A stretch of 64,000 nucleotides of DNA from an uncultured Candidatus Saccharibacteria bacterium (GCA_964397215.1 CAYNHE010000001.1:5075-69074); one strand, 5' to 3'. Positions 18,612-29,688 are shown, numbered from the stretch's first letter. Notes: generated from the letters alone by a model not told the origin. Numbers and translations: made by a program.

Positions 18612-18691
18612 ATTGACCTCCAATACTTATGCTTATTATAGCACAAGTATTATGAATGTGGAGAAAAACCTAAAGATTATTTAATTGGAAT

Positions 18692-19504
18692 TTAGAAGCC
18701 AAGAATTAAAGTTACGCCTAGCACAATACAGGCGAGGACGACGCGGTAGCGACCGAAGCTCTGCAAAGCCCCCGGTTTTTTAAGATAATCAAGCAAAAAT
18801 TTGAGCGCAAACATACCGACAATAAAGGCTATGACGTTGCTAAGTAATAATAAATTAAGATTATTGAAGAAATATGCTCGACCGCTATCGGATAAGAACA
18901 TTTTGAGACAAACGCCACACATGATTGGAATTGACGCCAAGAACGAATATTCAGCTGAGGATTCGGAATCTAGCCCCACTAGACGCCCAGCTACAATTGT
19001 CGTGCCTGACCTTGAAGTGCCTGGAATTAGCGCAAAAGTTTGCATAAGGCCGATAATTAGAGCGCGTTTTGGTGTAAGAGTATTCTCATTCTTGAGTGAG
19101 CTAAGATGTGGTAGATGGTCGATAGCCCACATCAGGATGCCCACAATCCCCATAGCGATTGCTAAGGTAATAATCGAGTTAAAGAACGGAGCGTTTTCGA
19201 TTACATCCGATAGCAAGAGTCCTGCGAGTCCGGCTGGCACTGAAGTAATAACGATATTAAGAGCCAGTTTATAATTATGCTCTTCAAAAACATTCCGGAT
19301 AATCCTGACGATGCGTTTACGAAAATAGAATAGCAGCGCTAGCAAAGTACCCAGGTTAATAAATTCTAGAAAAAGATGAAAATTATCTGTGGTAGGGATA
19401 TTGAATATAATCTGGGTGAGTTCGAGGTGACCCGATGAGGAGACCGGAATGAACTCAGTAATTCCCTGCACGAAACCCAGTAGTATTGCTTGCCAAATTT
19501 CCAT
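18692..19504 (-). CDS. uppP: Undecaprenyl-diphosphate phosphatase
   Basis: QGITEFIPVSSSGH, PGTSRSG; ATG 19504. Confidence 0.93.
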   Translation of the reverse strand: MEIWQAILLGFVQGITEFIPVSSSGHLELTQIIFNIPTTDNFHLFLEFINLGTLLALLFYFRKRIVRIIRNVFEEHNYKLALNIVITSVPAGLAGLLLSDVIENAPFFNSIITLAIAMGIVGILMWAIDHLPHLSSLKNENTLTPKRALIIGLMQTFALIPGTSRSGTTIVAGRLVGLDSESSAEYSFLASIPIMCGVCLKMFLSDSGRAYFFNNLNLLLLSNVIAFIVGMFALKFLLDYLKKPGALQSFGRYRVVLACIVLGVTLILGF

Positions 19505-19550
19505 AAGCCCATTGTAGCACAAAAATGATTTTTGCCCAAGTCGGTTTGGA

Positions 19551-21182
19551 CTATTTCACTTCTTTCATTAAAGTTTTGCTGAGCTTCTTGATGAGCGGTT
19601 TGACTTCTTCTAGATCAAGGAAATAGCCAGCAATCAAGTAGGCGATGAGTGAACCAGCGGCGATGACGCAGAATTTAGGAAAAGTGATAAAAATCGAATC
19701 GTCGCTCGCCATTAGCGGGAAAAATTTAGTCAGTGAGTAGGCTACGCAAGCGGTGATGCCGGTAGCAAAGAGCATTTTGCCGATGTTTTTCCAAAAAGTT
19801 TTCTCAAAAAGTCGATAGCCCGAACGTCTTTGCAGTAGAATTAGCAGGATAATAACTTCAATGGTAGCGCCGACAGACTGCGACCAGCCTAGTCCTTCTG
19901 GTCCACAGCCAATCAGGCTCAAGACGACGGCTAATCCGATGCTGAGTCCGATTGCGACGATTGAGACAATCATTGGCGTTTTAGTGTCTTGGTGGGCATA
20001 GAAACCGCGCGCCGCAATGTGAAAAATCGAGTGGGCAAAAATTAGTACGCAGAGTGCGGCTAGAATTGAAGCAATGAGCGGATCACCACCATTTTTGATA
20101 AAGCTCACCACATAGCCGCGCGCGAAGAAAGCAATTACTGCAACTGGCAGCGCAATCCAAATAATTGTCGAGAGTGCAGAGCGAAAAGTTTTGTTGAATT
20201 TTTCTTCTTCTCCGGCGCCGACTTCTTCGGTTAACTTAGGAAAGAAAGCCGTAGAAATCGCTACTCCAATTAAGTTAACTGGCATACAAGACAAGTTGTA
20301 GGCTTGGTTGTAGCTTCTGAGCGCGCCGGCGCCCATGCGGCTTGATAGGTTGGTCATGGCGATGGTTTCGACGTAATCGATGCCTTGGTCAAGACTACGG
20401 GAAGGCAGTAATTTAAGCACGCTCCTAAAACCGCGATTTTTCCAACTAATTTTGAACTTATAATCAAAACCGAGTCCCAGTACACCAGTTAAGCTCACGA
20501 TTAGCTGTAGAACTGCGCCGAGTACCACGCCAAGCGCGACACCCATGATTCCACCGTCAAAGATTTGTATGCCAAAAATATTAATGCCACCGGTGAACCA
20601 CAAAATCCCAATCAGAATTCCAATATTATATAATGCCGGGGCTGCCGCATGAAAAACAAAACGCCCTAATGCCTGCTGGATACTAGAAAGAATCGTGCTC
20701 ACGCTAAACAAAAACGGATTAATCGCGATCACGCGCATCATGTTAATAGCGAGAATCGTGCCGGATTCGTCAAGGCCAGGGCCAACTACGTAGCGCACGA
20801 GTGGATCGGCAAAAACCATGATTAAAATACTAGCGACGAGCGTGAGCAGAGCCATGAGGTTAAGTAAGCTTGAGCTGAGCTCCCAGGCGGATTTTCTCTC
20901 GCCTTTGGACAAGCGCTCGTTAAAAACTGGGATAAAACTGACTGCCAAGGCCCCCGACGTGAGAATGAAAAAGAGAAAATCCGGAATAGTGAAGGCTGCC
21001 GTGTAAGCGTCAATGCCTGTTGGATAGGTATCGAGGTAGAGAGAGTTCAGAATGCGGTCGCGGATGATACCGAGTAGAGCTGAGAGTAAGGTTGAACTAG
21101 CCAAGACCACTGCAGCAAAACGTACTGGTAATTTGGTATTTGCTTTGGCAACAACATCCTTAATTCCGGTTTTTTTAGCCAT
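19551..21182 (-). CDS. murJ: Lipid II flippase MurJ
   Basis: LGIIRDR, DAYTAAFTIPD, GALAVSFIPVF, RGFYAHQDTKTP. Confidence 0.9.
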   Translation of the reverse strand: MAKKTGIKDVVAKANTKLPVRFAAVVLASSTLLSALLGIIRDRILNSLYLDTYPTGIDAYTAAFTIPDFLFFILTSGALAVSFIPVFNERLSKGERKSAWELSSSLLNLMALLTLVASILIMVFADPLVRYVVGPGLDESGTILAINMMRVIAINPFLFSVSTILSSIQQALGRFVFHAAAPALYNIGILIGILWFTGGINIFGIQIFDGGIMGVALGVVLGAVLQLIVSLTGVLGLGFDYKFKISWKNRGFRSVLKLLPSRSLDQGIDYVETIAMTNLSSRMGAGALRSYNQAYNLSCMPVNLIGVAISTAFFPKLTEEVGAGEEEKFNKTFRSALSTIIWIALPVAVIAFFARGYVVSFIKNGGDPLIASILAALCVLIFAHSIFHIAARGFYAHQDTKTPMIVSIVAIGLSIGLAVVLSLIGCGPEGLGWSQSVGATIEVIILLILLQRRSGYRLFEKTFWKNIGKMLFATGITACVAYSLTKFFPLMASDDSIFITFPKFCVIAAGSLIAYLIAGYFLDLEEVKPLIKKLSKTLMKEVK

Positions 21183-21193
21183 TAAATCTCCAT

Positions 21194-22435
21194 TTATATT
21201 TCTGCGCGTCCACCCATGTATGGTCTGAGAGCCTCTGGAATGAACATTTTACCATTTTCTTGGGCGAAGTTCTCAATCATCACTACTAGCGTGCGAGCTA
21301 GGCTGATGGCGGTACCATTCAGGGTGTGGACGATTTCAATTTTACCATCGTTCCTTCTCACGCGAATGTTGAGGCTGCGTGCCTGAAAATCCGTACAGTT
21401 ACTACAGCTAGTTAACTCTTGGTATTTCTGGTTGGCTGGACTCCAATATTCGATGTCGTACTTCTTAGCGGCTGGCGCACCGAGGTCTCCGGCAGCAATA
21501 TTGATGACATGATATGGGATGCCAAGCTCTTGCCAAATTTCTTCTTCGACGGCACGGATTTTTTCGTGAATTTCTTTGGACTGTTCTGGCAAGCAGAAAA
21601 CATACATTTCCAACTTATTGAATTGGTGTACCCGGAACAAGCCTCTGGTGTATTTGCCATAGGCGCCGGCTTCTTTACGGAAACATGGACTTAGTCCAGC
21701 GTACATGAGTGGCAAATCTTTTTCGTCGAGAATTTCATCCATGTGATAGCCGGTGAGGGGCATTTCGGCGGTAGCAATCATCGCTAAATCTTCGCCTTCG
21801 ATATAATATTCGTCGCTTTGGTCACTGCTTTTCGGGTTAAAACCGCAGCCTTCCAGAATTTTGCTTGACACCATATCCGGCACCGTTATGAAGGTAAAAC
21901 CTTTTTCGGTGACTTTTTTAATGCCGTACTGAATCAAAGCCTGTTCTAGCAGAGCCAAATCGCTCTTGAGATAGTAGAATTTGGCGCCGGCGACTTTGGC
22001 TCCGCGCTCAAAATCTAGCCAGCCACGTTCGGTAGCGTAATCGACGTGATCGACGCCAGAGGTCTTATGCTCGCCCCACTGGGCGACTTCTAGGCTGCAT
22101 TCCTCGCCACCTAGTGGTACGTCGTCAAAAATAATATTTGGCACTTGCTTGATGCGATTCTCTAAATCTTTTTCGATGGTGGCCAGGCTTGGCTCGGTGT
22201 CTTGCAATTCTTGCTTAACTGCTTTGGCCTGTTCGACTAACTCTGGATTGACGCCGCCCTTCATCTGAGCTGAAAGGTCATTGCGCTTCTGTCGCAGAGC
22301 GTCAACTTTTTGTAGCAAATCTTTGCGCTCGTCGTCTAAGGAGATAATTTCGGAGACATTAACTGTGTAGCCCTTTTCTTGGGCAGATTTTTCAACTAAA
22401 GTTTGATTTTTCCGAATAAAATTAATATCTAACAT
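21194..22435 (-). CDS. serS: Seryl-tRNA synthetase
   Basis: MLDINFIR start, ATAEMPL, FRKEAG, RVHQFNKLE, HTLNGT. Confidence 0.96.
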   Translation of the reverse strand: MLDINFIRKNQTLVEKSAQEKGYTVNVSEIISLDDERKDLLQKVDALRQKRNDLSAQMKGGVNPELVEQAKAVKQELQDTEPSLATIEKDLENRIKQVPNIIFDDVPLGGEECSLEVAQWGEHKTSGVDHVDYATERGWLDFERGAKVAGAKFYYLKSDLALLEQALIQYGIKKVTEKGFTFITVPDMVSSKILEGCGFNPKSSDQSDEYYIEGEDLAMIATAEMPLTGYHMDEILDEKDLPLMYAGLSPCFRKEAGAYGKYTRGLFRVHQFNKLEMYVFCLPEQSKEIHEKIRAVEEEIWQELGIPYHVINIAAGDLGAPAAKKYDIEYWSPANQKYQELTSCSNCTDFQARSLNIRVRRNDGKIEIVHTLNGTAISLARTLVVMIENFAQENGKMFIPEALRPYMGGRAEI

Positions 22436-22542
22436 AATATTAGTATAGCACAAAATCAGTCAGTAACTCGCTTTTACCACCATTTTTATGCAACTTTTTG
22501 CTTACTAAGTCTCGTCCTTATTTCCGGTATTAGCGACTAGTA

Positions 22543-24462
22543 TTAGCATCCGCCGCCACCGCCCCCTCCACCTCCGCCGCCGGAGAAGCCACCGCCTCCA
22601 CCACCGGAGAAGCTAGAGCTGCTGCCGCTTGAACTTGAATAACTATATCCGGAATCAACGGATGTTTTGGTGCTGCTGGTGACCGAACTAAGCATGCTGC
22701 TAAATAGTAGTGCGTCAAAACCGCTGTTTGATGTATACCAAGTCGGTGCAGTAACATCGGACAATTCGTAATAATGTCCCATTTCCTTGCTCCAGGATTT
22801 TTCTAGTCCAAAAACGATGGCATATGGCAAAAGTTTCTCGTAAAGTTTCACGATTCCCTCGTTGCTGGTATCAACGCCTTCAACGCTCTGCAGGAATTTT
22901 AGACGGTCGGCTTCGGCCATTTTAATATAAAGCTTGAGTCCGTCCATATAACGTGAGTATTCTAGGCCAAGTTTTGTGCGTTTATTGTATGGTTCGTTGA
23001 GGCTGCCCACGCCACAACACAGAACAAAGACTAAGATACATAAGAAGCCGTTAACAATCATCAGCGCATTGCCACCAACTAGGACTGTGTAACTTGTTTC
23101 AAAATCGCTAAGAATTGCCAGCGCACATATGCCGACGATAAACCAAAGTGCCCCAAACACCGCCAGCATGCCCCCATCCTTTTTAACGTCTTTTTCGAAA
23201 AGTCCCTTGGATTTGAGAGCTTTTTCGACGAAGTTTCCGAAACGCTGTGCGAGTTTCAGTAGTTTGCTGGTGCCAGTATGTTTAACGATATTGATTTCGT
23301 CGCCAGCGCGCACGTCAACCTCTTTCCCTGACAATACTTGCAGGGCGTTAATTTCCCAGGTTGTGAGATCTTTGGTATTCTTGACGTGAACTTTCCACTC
23401 TTCTTTTCGTTTGCTATCTGGAAGTTTAACTAGCTCAACCTTGCCCTGTACGGCCATTTCAATCAGTGTCGCAACCATGGCTGTGCTGTCGCTAGTGTTT
23501 GACATGTAATTTTCGGACATTTCGGCTACCGAGAAGCCTTTGGCCGGCTGATATTCTGGTTTAATGAAATAATCCCGATAAAACTTACGCTTGTCGCTAA
23601 CTTTGCTGCGATTATAGATGATTAGCGCGATAACAATGGCTAGAATTGCTAACTGCACAATAAGGGCAATAATGTAGCGATAATCCTTGGTCGGCTCTGG
23701 TATGGTAAAAGTATTCGGCTCAAAATCCACCGCAAAAGTTAAGTTCTCGCCAATGCCTAAATCTTTTGCGATGAATTCGTATCCTTCACCGGTGCGACGG
23801 ATTTCGCAACGACTTTGGCCGGTTGCGCCAAAGCTCCCCACGTAGCAAGAAGTTTTATCATCAAATAGTTTGGCAAAATCTTCATCCTCGATGTGCAACC
23901 TGGCGGTGACTTTGTCAAATCTCTGCGACCAGTCGTTACCGTTAGTATCCCAGTAGAGCTCCTGAAAATCCGCAAACTCCGTAATCACATTGCGAAACTC
24001 ATATTCTAACTCGTAATATTGCGTACCATGTACGTAAGCGTTAGGCTCTTTGATCGTCACCTTAAAATACCCATCGTCAGCCGAAACATCATAAGGCTCT
24101 TCAGGCATGCCGTTATGCTTGATGCGGATTTTTAGTTCACTATCGCTCTCCATGGTGAGATTCTGGCCGTCTTGATTAGTGAACGGAATCACACGGATGA
24201 TGCCGTGATTCTGGTCGTAACTAGGAAATTCGGCAACAAACTGTTCGATCACTCTGAGACGGCTGGTGCCATCTTCGGCTTGATATAAATAATAATCCGC
24301 GCTAAAATCGGAAAACTTAAAATTATTTACGTTTTGCGAGACATAATTATCTCGGCTAGCAATAGCGTCATGCGACGTTGCGACTACGTTCTTTACGTTG
24401 GCGCCGCCAAATTGCCCCAAAATCACTCCAAAAACCACCAAAATTCCGCCAATTAAGCGCAT
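22543..24462 (-). CDS. DUF2207 family membrane protein with Gly/Ser-rich tail
   Basis: ELYWDTNG, LPYAIVFG, SGGGGGGFSGGGGGGGGGGG; probable ATG 24462. Confidence 0.85.
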   Translation of the reverse strand: MRLIGGILVVFGVILGQFGGANVKNVVATSHDAIASRDNYVSQNVNNFKFSDFSADYYLYQAEDGTSRLRVIEQFVAEFPSYDQNHGIIRVIPFTNQDGQNLTMESDSELKIRIKHNGMPEEPYDVSADDGYFKVTIKEPNAYVHGTQYYELEYEFRNVITEFADFQELYWDTNGNDWSQRFDKVTARLHIEDEDFAKLFDDKTSCYVGSFGATGQSRCEIRRTGEGYEFIAKDLGIGENLTFAVDFEPNTFTIPEPTKDYRYIIALIVQLAILAIVIALIIYNRSKVSDKRKFYRDYFIKPEYQPAKGFSVAEMSENYMSNTSDSTAMVATLIEMAVQGKVELVKLPDSKRKEEWKVHVKNTKDLTTWEINALQVLSGKEVDVRAGDEINIVKHTGTSKLLKLAQRFGNFVEKALKSKGLFEKDVKKDGGMLAVFGALWFIVGICALAILSDFETSYTVLVGGNALMIVNGFLCILVFVLCCGVGSLNEPYNKRTKLGLEYSRYMDGLKLYIKMAEADRLKFLQSVEGVDTSNEGIVKLYEKLLPYAIVFGLEKSWSKEMGHYYELSDVTAPTWYTSNSGFDALLFSSMLSSVTSSTKTSVDSGYSYSSSSGSSSSFSGGGGGGFSGGGGGGGGGGGC

Positions 24463-24477
24463 TTTTCGCAAAAACCA

Positions 24478-24506
24478 TTGACTTTTGTCCTGAAGTGTGC
24501 TATAAT
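24478..24506 (+). promoter_or_regulatory. Near-consensus sigma70 promoter pointing antisense into ldh
   Basis: TTGACT-17 bp-TATAAT with extended TG. Confidence 0.5.
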
Positions 24507-24547
24507 GAAAAGATAGGGTATGATTTTTCTTGTAAAATTTGGACATT

Positions 24548-25474
24548 TTAACTTGTTAACTCTTTCTTGATTGAATTAAAGTTACGCTTAATAATGTTGA
24601 TAGACTTTTGGAGTTTAATTCCCTCACTTTCGGGGAGGTCGAGATTGATGCGTCGGATAATGCCGGTTCGCCCCACTACCGCCGGAAAACCATAATAACT
24701 ATCACTGCAATCGTCATAGTTAGAAACCGCTAGAATCCGATGTTCGTCACCGAGAATGCAGTTGATAATCTGAACCGTGCAAGCGCCGATGCCGTAATGA
24801 GTGGCGCCTTTTTTCTCAATGATTTGGTAAGCGGTGTTTTTAACATAATCACTAATTGTAGCGCGCCGGTGCTGACTGAGCAAATCAAATAAGCGTGCTC
24901 CGCCTACGGTAGCGGTTGACCAGAGGGTAAGTTCACTGTCACCATGTTCGCCCACTTGATAAGCGTGAACGGATTTAGGATGGACATCGAGGGTGTGAGC
25001 GATTTCGTGCCGGAGTCTGGCAGAGTCAAGCACAGTGCCGCTACCAATGACTTGGTCAGGACTGAGGCTAGAAACTTCTAATGCTACCTGCGTTAGCACG
25101 TCGACTGGGTTAGCTACCACGAGAAAAATGCCTTTGAACCCACTTGCCATAATATCTGTGACAATATCACGCGTGATGAGGACGTTTTTCTTCAATAAAT
25201 CAGTGCGCGTCTCGCCTGGCTTCTGGTTAGCGCCGGCGGTCAGCACACAAATGTCGCAATCTCGCGCAGTAGAGTAATCAGTGCTACTGGTAATTTTAAG
25301 ATAACTCGGCGCAACGGCAAGGGCGTCAGACAAATCCATCTTTTCACCTTCGGCGTCGGCAGAATTAAGATCGGTCAGCACTAGTTCATTCACGGCGGTA
25401 CGTTGGTTAATTAATGCAAAAGCAATGCTCGCGCCAACATTCCCAGTTCCCACAATCATGACTTTCCCACTCAT
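24548..25474 (-). CDS. ldh: L-lactate dehydrogenase
   Basis: IVGTGNVG, TAGANQKPGETR, GSGTVLDSARL, GEHGDS, KKGATHYGI. Confidence 0.9.
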   Translation of the reverse strand: MSGKVMIVGTGNVGASIAFALINQRTAVNELVLTDLNSADAEGEKMDLSDALAVAPSYLKITSSTDYSTARDCDICVLTAGANQKPGETRTDLLKKNVLITRDIVTDIMASGFKGIFLVVANPVDVLTQVALEVSSLSPDQVIGSGTVLDSARLRHEIAHTLDVHPKSVHAYQVGEHGDSELTLWSTATVGGARLFDLLSQHRRATISDYVKNTAYQIIEKKGATHYGIGACTVQIINCILGDEHRILAVSNYDDCSDSYYGFPAVVGRTGIIRRINLDLPESEGIKLQKSINIIKRNFNSIKKELTS

Positions 25475-25557
25475 ATATTTCGATTATAGCATAAAAAGTT
25501 TTAATCAAGTAAAAATTTATGATAGACAACTAAATTTTTTGCACATATAATTACTAC

Positions 25558-28500
25558 ATGGGATTAAACAAAGAACAACGCGAAGCAGTTGAATATCTGG
25601 AAGGGCCGTTATTAGTCTTGGCAGGGCCAGGTACCGGCAAGACGCAACTTTTGTCGGCTAAGGTGGAATATATTTTGCAGCACGAGCAGACTAATCCGGA
25701 GAATATTCTTTGTGTGACCTACACGGAATCGGGAGCGGCCAACATGCGTGATCGTTTGAGTTCGATGATTGGGATTGCGGCGAGTGACGTGAATATTTTT
25801 ACTTATCATGCGCTGGGCTCGCAGATTATTGAGAAATATAAGAATTACGCCACTAATTTTGACCGGAATCTGGATGCGCCAATTGATAATGTCAAGCAGT
25901 ACAAGATTCTTCGCGAGATTCAGGCAAAACTTCCCTTTAACGACATTCTTAAGACTGCTGACCTGAGTGATATTTCTGGTACGATTGCGCAGGCTAAGGC
26001 GGCGCGACTTTTGCCAAACGATTTGCGTCAGGTGGCCGAGCAGAACAAGCAAGACGGTGAAAAAATCGCTGAGAAACTCACCCCGATTTATCAGACTCAG
26101 TGGCCGCGCAAATTTGACGAGCGCGTGGCGATGGTTTACCAACCGATTCTGGACATTTTCTTGGAATTTTCTGATCCGCAACCGATTGTGGGTAATGTTG
26201 AGCGCGTGGCGAATGTGATGGTGCGTGAGTTTAACGACGTTTTGCAAGCCGAGATAGCTAAGGCTAAGCCGAGCGTTTCTCCACCTAAGAAATGGCTGGA
26301 CCGTTTCATTGAGAGTGCGGACGGTACGAATTATCGTTTGCACGACTATGTGGCCAACCAGAAGTTACTCTCGCTCGCTAATATTATGCAACAGTACGAT
26401 GACCGTTTGGCGGAGGAAGGGCTGTTTGACTTTGCCGATATGATTGAGGAGGCGATTCGGATTCTCAAGACTGATGACGGCTTCCGAGCGACTTTGACCG
26501 AGCGCTATAACTATATTCTGCTCGACGAATTCCAGGATACTAACCCGTCGCAGTTTGAAATCATTAAGCTTTTGACCGATTATGAAAAACCGGTGGTGAT
26601 GGCGGTGGGCGATGACGACCAGGCGATTTGTGAGTTTCAGGGGGCGAATGCGTCTAACCTGCTGGATTTTCAGAATTATTATAATGCTAAAGTTATTACG
26701 CTCGTGGATAATTATCGGAGTATCGGGCGGATTCTCGACTTTTCGCACCAAGTGGCTATACAGATTAACGAAAGTTTTGCCAAGAAACGCAATGTGCTGA
26801 AGAAGCTGCGTTCGATGTTGGATATTTTTCGGAAAGAAGCTGGCGAAAAGGTCGCGAGCAAAATCGCGCGGCACGAATTCACCACCTCGACCGATGAATA
26901 TTATTGGGTGGCGGAACGGATTAATGATTTGATTCAGCGTGGGGTCAAGCCAAGCGAAATCGCCGTCATCGCTCCTCAGCATAAATTTATTGGACCGATG
27001 TTGCCTTACCTCAAAGCGCACAAAATCGACGTAGCTTATGAGCGCCGAGAGAACTTGCTGGAGGACGAAAAAATCCACCAAATCGTCACCATTGCGCAGT
27101 TCGTCCATGATTTGGCCGCAGAACGACAGCCGGGGGCGCGGCTACTGGAAATTTTGTCGTTTGATTTTTGGCAGGTGGATGCGCTGGCGGTACTCACCGC
27201 AGTGCACCGTTCGCGTGAGGAGCGTAAATCTACCTTGGAATATCTTTCGACTAGCGATAATCCTCAGCTGCAATCCATTGCGAAATTTCTCGCTGATCTC
27301 GCCATGCAGAGTTTCAACGCGCCGCTGGAACGTTTCTTCGACTATCTGCTCGGCAGACTGGAGCTAAACGGCTACACCTCGCCATTTCTGAGTTTCTGTG
27401 AGACTAAATTGACTCAGGCTGAGCTCTTTGAGTTTTACGAAAATCTTAAATCGCTTAAAACCACGGTGCTTAACCACACCGCTAATCCGCGTCCGAAACT
27501 GGCCGATTTTGTCCTAACGATTCAAGATTACGAAGACGCCGAAACGCCAATAATGAAAACCAGCCTCTACACTGACTCTGAATCTTCGGTGCAGCTGATG
27601 TCAGTGCATAAGAGTAAGGGTTTGGAGTTTCGCTACGTTTTTATGGTGTCGGTAGATGATGCCGCGTGGGGTAAGAGTACCGGTAACCGCAATAAGCTGG
27701 TCTTGCCACTCAACTTGCAACAAATTCGTCACACTGGCGGTACGGACGACGAAAAGTTACGTTTGCTCTTTGTGGCGATTACGAGGGCAAAAGATTTCCT
27801 AGTTATGACTAATGCCAAGCATGATTTTAACGGCAAGAATCAGGCGCGACTGAAATATTTGGGAGAAGTGCGAAGCGAAAAAGACGAGCAAGCGCTTTCA
27901 CCGTTTTTGATTGGTGATGAGGGGGTCATCCAGACACATTACGATGATTTTGATACGAATACGCGTCTCCTGACCGAGACTAAGGCTTGGTCAGGAGCTT
28001 ATCAAGTGCTGACGCCGAGTATTGAGAATTTGTTTCAGCAACGCGTGCAAAATTATCGGCTGAATGCGACTGATTTGACCGATTTTATCGATCTGATGTA
28101 TGCTGGGGCGGATGCAGTTTTCCAAAAATGCGTGATGCAAACTCTCGATGAGCCGATGACCGCGCAGATGGCGTATGGTACCGTGATTCACTCAGTGTTA
28201 GAGGAGGTGACCAAAGCTAAAATTTCTGACGAAGAAGCCGAGCAGTTATTTATCGCAAAAGCCGTCGAGCTGCCGCTTGATGAGAACGAAATTGCCGAAC
28301 TGACCGAGAAAGGTCGCTATAGCCTCAAAGTGGTATTGGCGCAATTTGGCCCAATCTTACGGAATGACCAGGCACGCGCTGAGGTGAATTTGTCGTCCGA
28401 ACATTTGCACCTCGAAGATGCGCCGATTACTGGTAAAATCGACCACCTTGAAATCAATGAAAATGACAAAACCATCGATATTTACGATTACAAAACCGGT

Positions 28501-28854
28501 AAATTCCACGATGGAGCTTGGACTAGCCACGCGACGTTATATAAGTATATGTTACAGCTGTTGTTCTATAAGGTGCTCCTTAATTTGTCGCCAACTTATC
28601 GCAAGTATCAAGTGACGCGCGGACATATCCTGTTTGTGACGCCGGACGCTGAGGGCGAGGTGCACGAAAAGCAACTTAACTTTACCGACCAGGACGACGC
28701 GATGATTCGGCTACTCATGAAAGCAGTTTATCACGAAATTGTGTCGCTAGATTTCATCAAAAATCCGGCCGTAAATATCTTGGCCGATCCGGAAAAATAT
28801 AAGATTAAAGACGTGCGCGAATTTGTCCAGAAACTCTGCGAGATGTATGAATAA
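25558..28854 (+). CDS. UvrD/AddA-type helicase with C-terminal PD-(D/E)XK nuclease
   Basis: AGPGTGKT, DEFQD, GDDDQAI, NYRS, SVHKSKGLEF, VAITRA; C-terminal GKIDH...DYKTG. Confidence 0.92.
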   Translation: MGLNKEQREAVEYLEGPLLVLAGPGTGKTQLLSAKVEYILQHEQTNPENILCVTYTESGAANMRDRLSSMIGIAASDVNIFTYHALGSQIIEKYKNYATNFDRNLDAPIDNVKQYKILREIQAKLPFNDILKTADLSDISGTIAQAKAARLLPNDLRQVAEQNKQDGEKIAEKLTPIYQTQWPRKFDERVAMVYQPILDIFLEFSDPQPIVGNVERVANVMVREFNDVLQAEIAKAKPSVSPPKKWLDRFIESADGTNYRLHDYVANQKLLSLANIMQQYDDRLAEEGLFDFADMIEEAIRILKTDDGFRATLTERYNYILLDEFQDTNPSQFEIIKLLTDYEKPVVMAVGDDDQAICEFQGANASNLLDFQNYYNAKVITLVDNYRSIGRILDFSHQVAIQINESFAKKRNVLKKLRSMLDIFRKEAGEKVASKIARHEFTTSTDEYYWVAERINDLIQRGVKPSEIAVIAPQHKFIGPMLPYLKAHKIDVAYERRENLLEDEKIHQIVTIAQFVHDLAAERQPGARLLEILSFDFWQVDALAVLTAVHRSREERKSTLEYLSTSDNPQLQSIAKFLADLAMQSFNAPLERFFDYLLGRLELNGYTSPFLSFCETKLTQAELFEFYENLKSLKTTVLNHTANPRPKLADFVLTIQDYEDAETPIMKTSLYTDSESSVQLMSVHKSKGLEFRYVFMVSVDDAAWGKSTGNRNKLVLPLNLQQIRHTGGTDDEKLRLLFVAITRAKDFLVMTNAKHDFNGKNQARLKYLGEVRSEKDEQALSPFLIGDEGVIQTHYDDFDTNTRLLTETKAWSGAYQVLTPSIENLFQQRVQNYRLNATDLTDFIDLMYAGADAVFQKCVMQTLDEPMTAQMAYGTVIHSVLEEVTKAKISDEEAEQLFIAKAVELPLDENEIAELTEKGRYSLKVVLAQFGPILRNDQARAEVNLSSEHLHLEDAPITGKIDHLEINENDKTIDIYDYKTGKFHDGAWTSHATLYKYMLQLLFYKVLLNLSPTYRKYQVTRGHILFVTPDAEGEVHEKQLNFTDQDDAMIRLLMKAVYHEIVSLDFIKNPAVNILADPEKYKIKDVREFVQKLCEMYE

Positions 28855-28859
28855 TTTTA

Positions 28860-28888
28860 TTGACTTCTAATTCTATCTGTGGTATAAT
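28860..28888 (+). promoter_or_regulatory. sigma70 promoter
   Basis: TTGACT-17 bp-TATAAT with extended TG. Confidence 0.65.
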
Positions 28889-28952
28889 AGAGGGATAGGG
28901 ATGTGATTCCCTTTGTGCAATATGCTTTTACCGTAAAATTCGACGAAAGGGG

Positions 28953-29180
28953 GTGGAATGGTTGAGTATATTGACTGGAACTGGTCCGGGAGTTTATCAG
29001 GGTTATGGTGAATCATGTTTGACCGAGGCGGATGCCGCGTTAAGTGGAATTCGTGACTCTGGCTCGGTAACCGATATACATGTTCCCTACAGTGGAACTC
29101 CGCGTGAGGCCGCTCAGAAGGCGATCGACAACAACGACGCCGAGACTTTGGCGTATTTACAGAAGAATTATCGTTTCTAA
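28953..29180 (+). CDS. Small hypothetical protein
   Basis: 75-aa GTG-start ORF downstream of the strong promoter; no recognisable motif. Confidence 0.4.
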   Translation: MEWLSILTGTGPGVYQGYGESCLTEADAALSGIRDSGSVTDIHVPYSGTPREAAQKAIDNNDAETLAYLQKNYRF

Positions 29181-29343
29181 TTTGGAATTAATCAAAAATA
29201 TCAAGTTGGACATAATCTGCAAATCAACCCAAATGATGTCGCGACGTTGTGATAAAAGCCTTGTAACTTGCAATTACCCTGCGAATGTGCAGGGTAATTT
29301 CATTCTTTACATATCTGAAAAATTTGTTATAATTGGGTAAGTT

Positions 29344-29688
29344 ATGAGTAAAAATGTATCACAACCGTCACAACCAGAGGATTATCGACCAGTTGTTTTC
29401 ATGGATGAAGCAGCCAAGTTCTCTTTCTTGACTCGTTCTACCGCTAAAAGCGAGGAGACAATCAAGTGGGAAGACGGCAACGAGTATCCATTGATTAAGG
29501 TGCAGATTTCTTCGGCTTCTCACCCATTCTTCACTGGCGAAGAGAAGATTATCGACACCGAAGGTCGTGTTGACCGCTTCAAGGCTCGTGCTGAACGCGC
29601 TGCTAAACTACGCGCTTCACTCGGTAACAAAGCCAAGAAGGCTCAGAAAGAAGCCGAGAAGAAAGCTGAAAAGTCTGAGGAGAAATAA
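29344..29688 (+). CDS. rpmE: 50S ribosomal protein L31, type B (no Zn-binding Cys)
   Basis: [26 protein letters not shown]. Confidence 0.92.
   Translation: MSKNVSQPSQPEDYRPVVFMDEAAKFSFLTRSTAKSEETIKWEDGNEYPLIKVQISSASHPFFTGEEKIIDTEGRVDRFKARAERAAKLRASLGNKAKKAQKEAEKKAEKSEEK

Noticed and set aside
25558-28854. Helicase-nuclease fusion as a novel defence system
   Set aside because: The architecture matches ordinary AddA/AdnB-type repair enzymes, and no defence-type neighbours are present.
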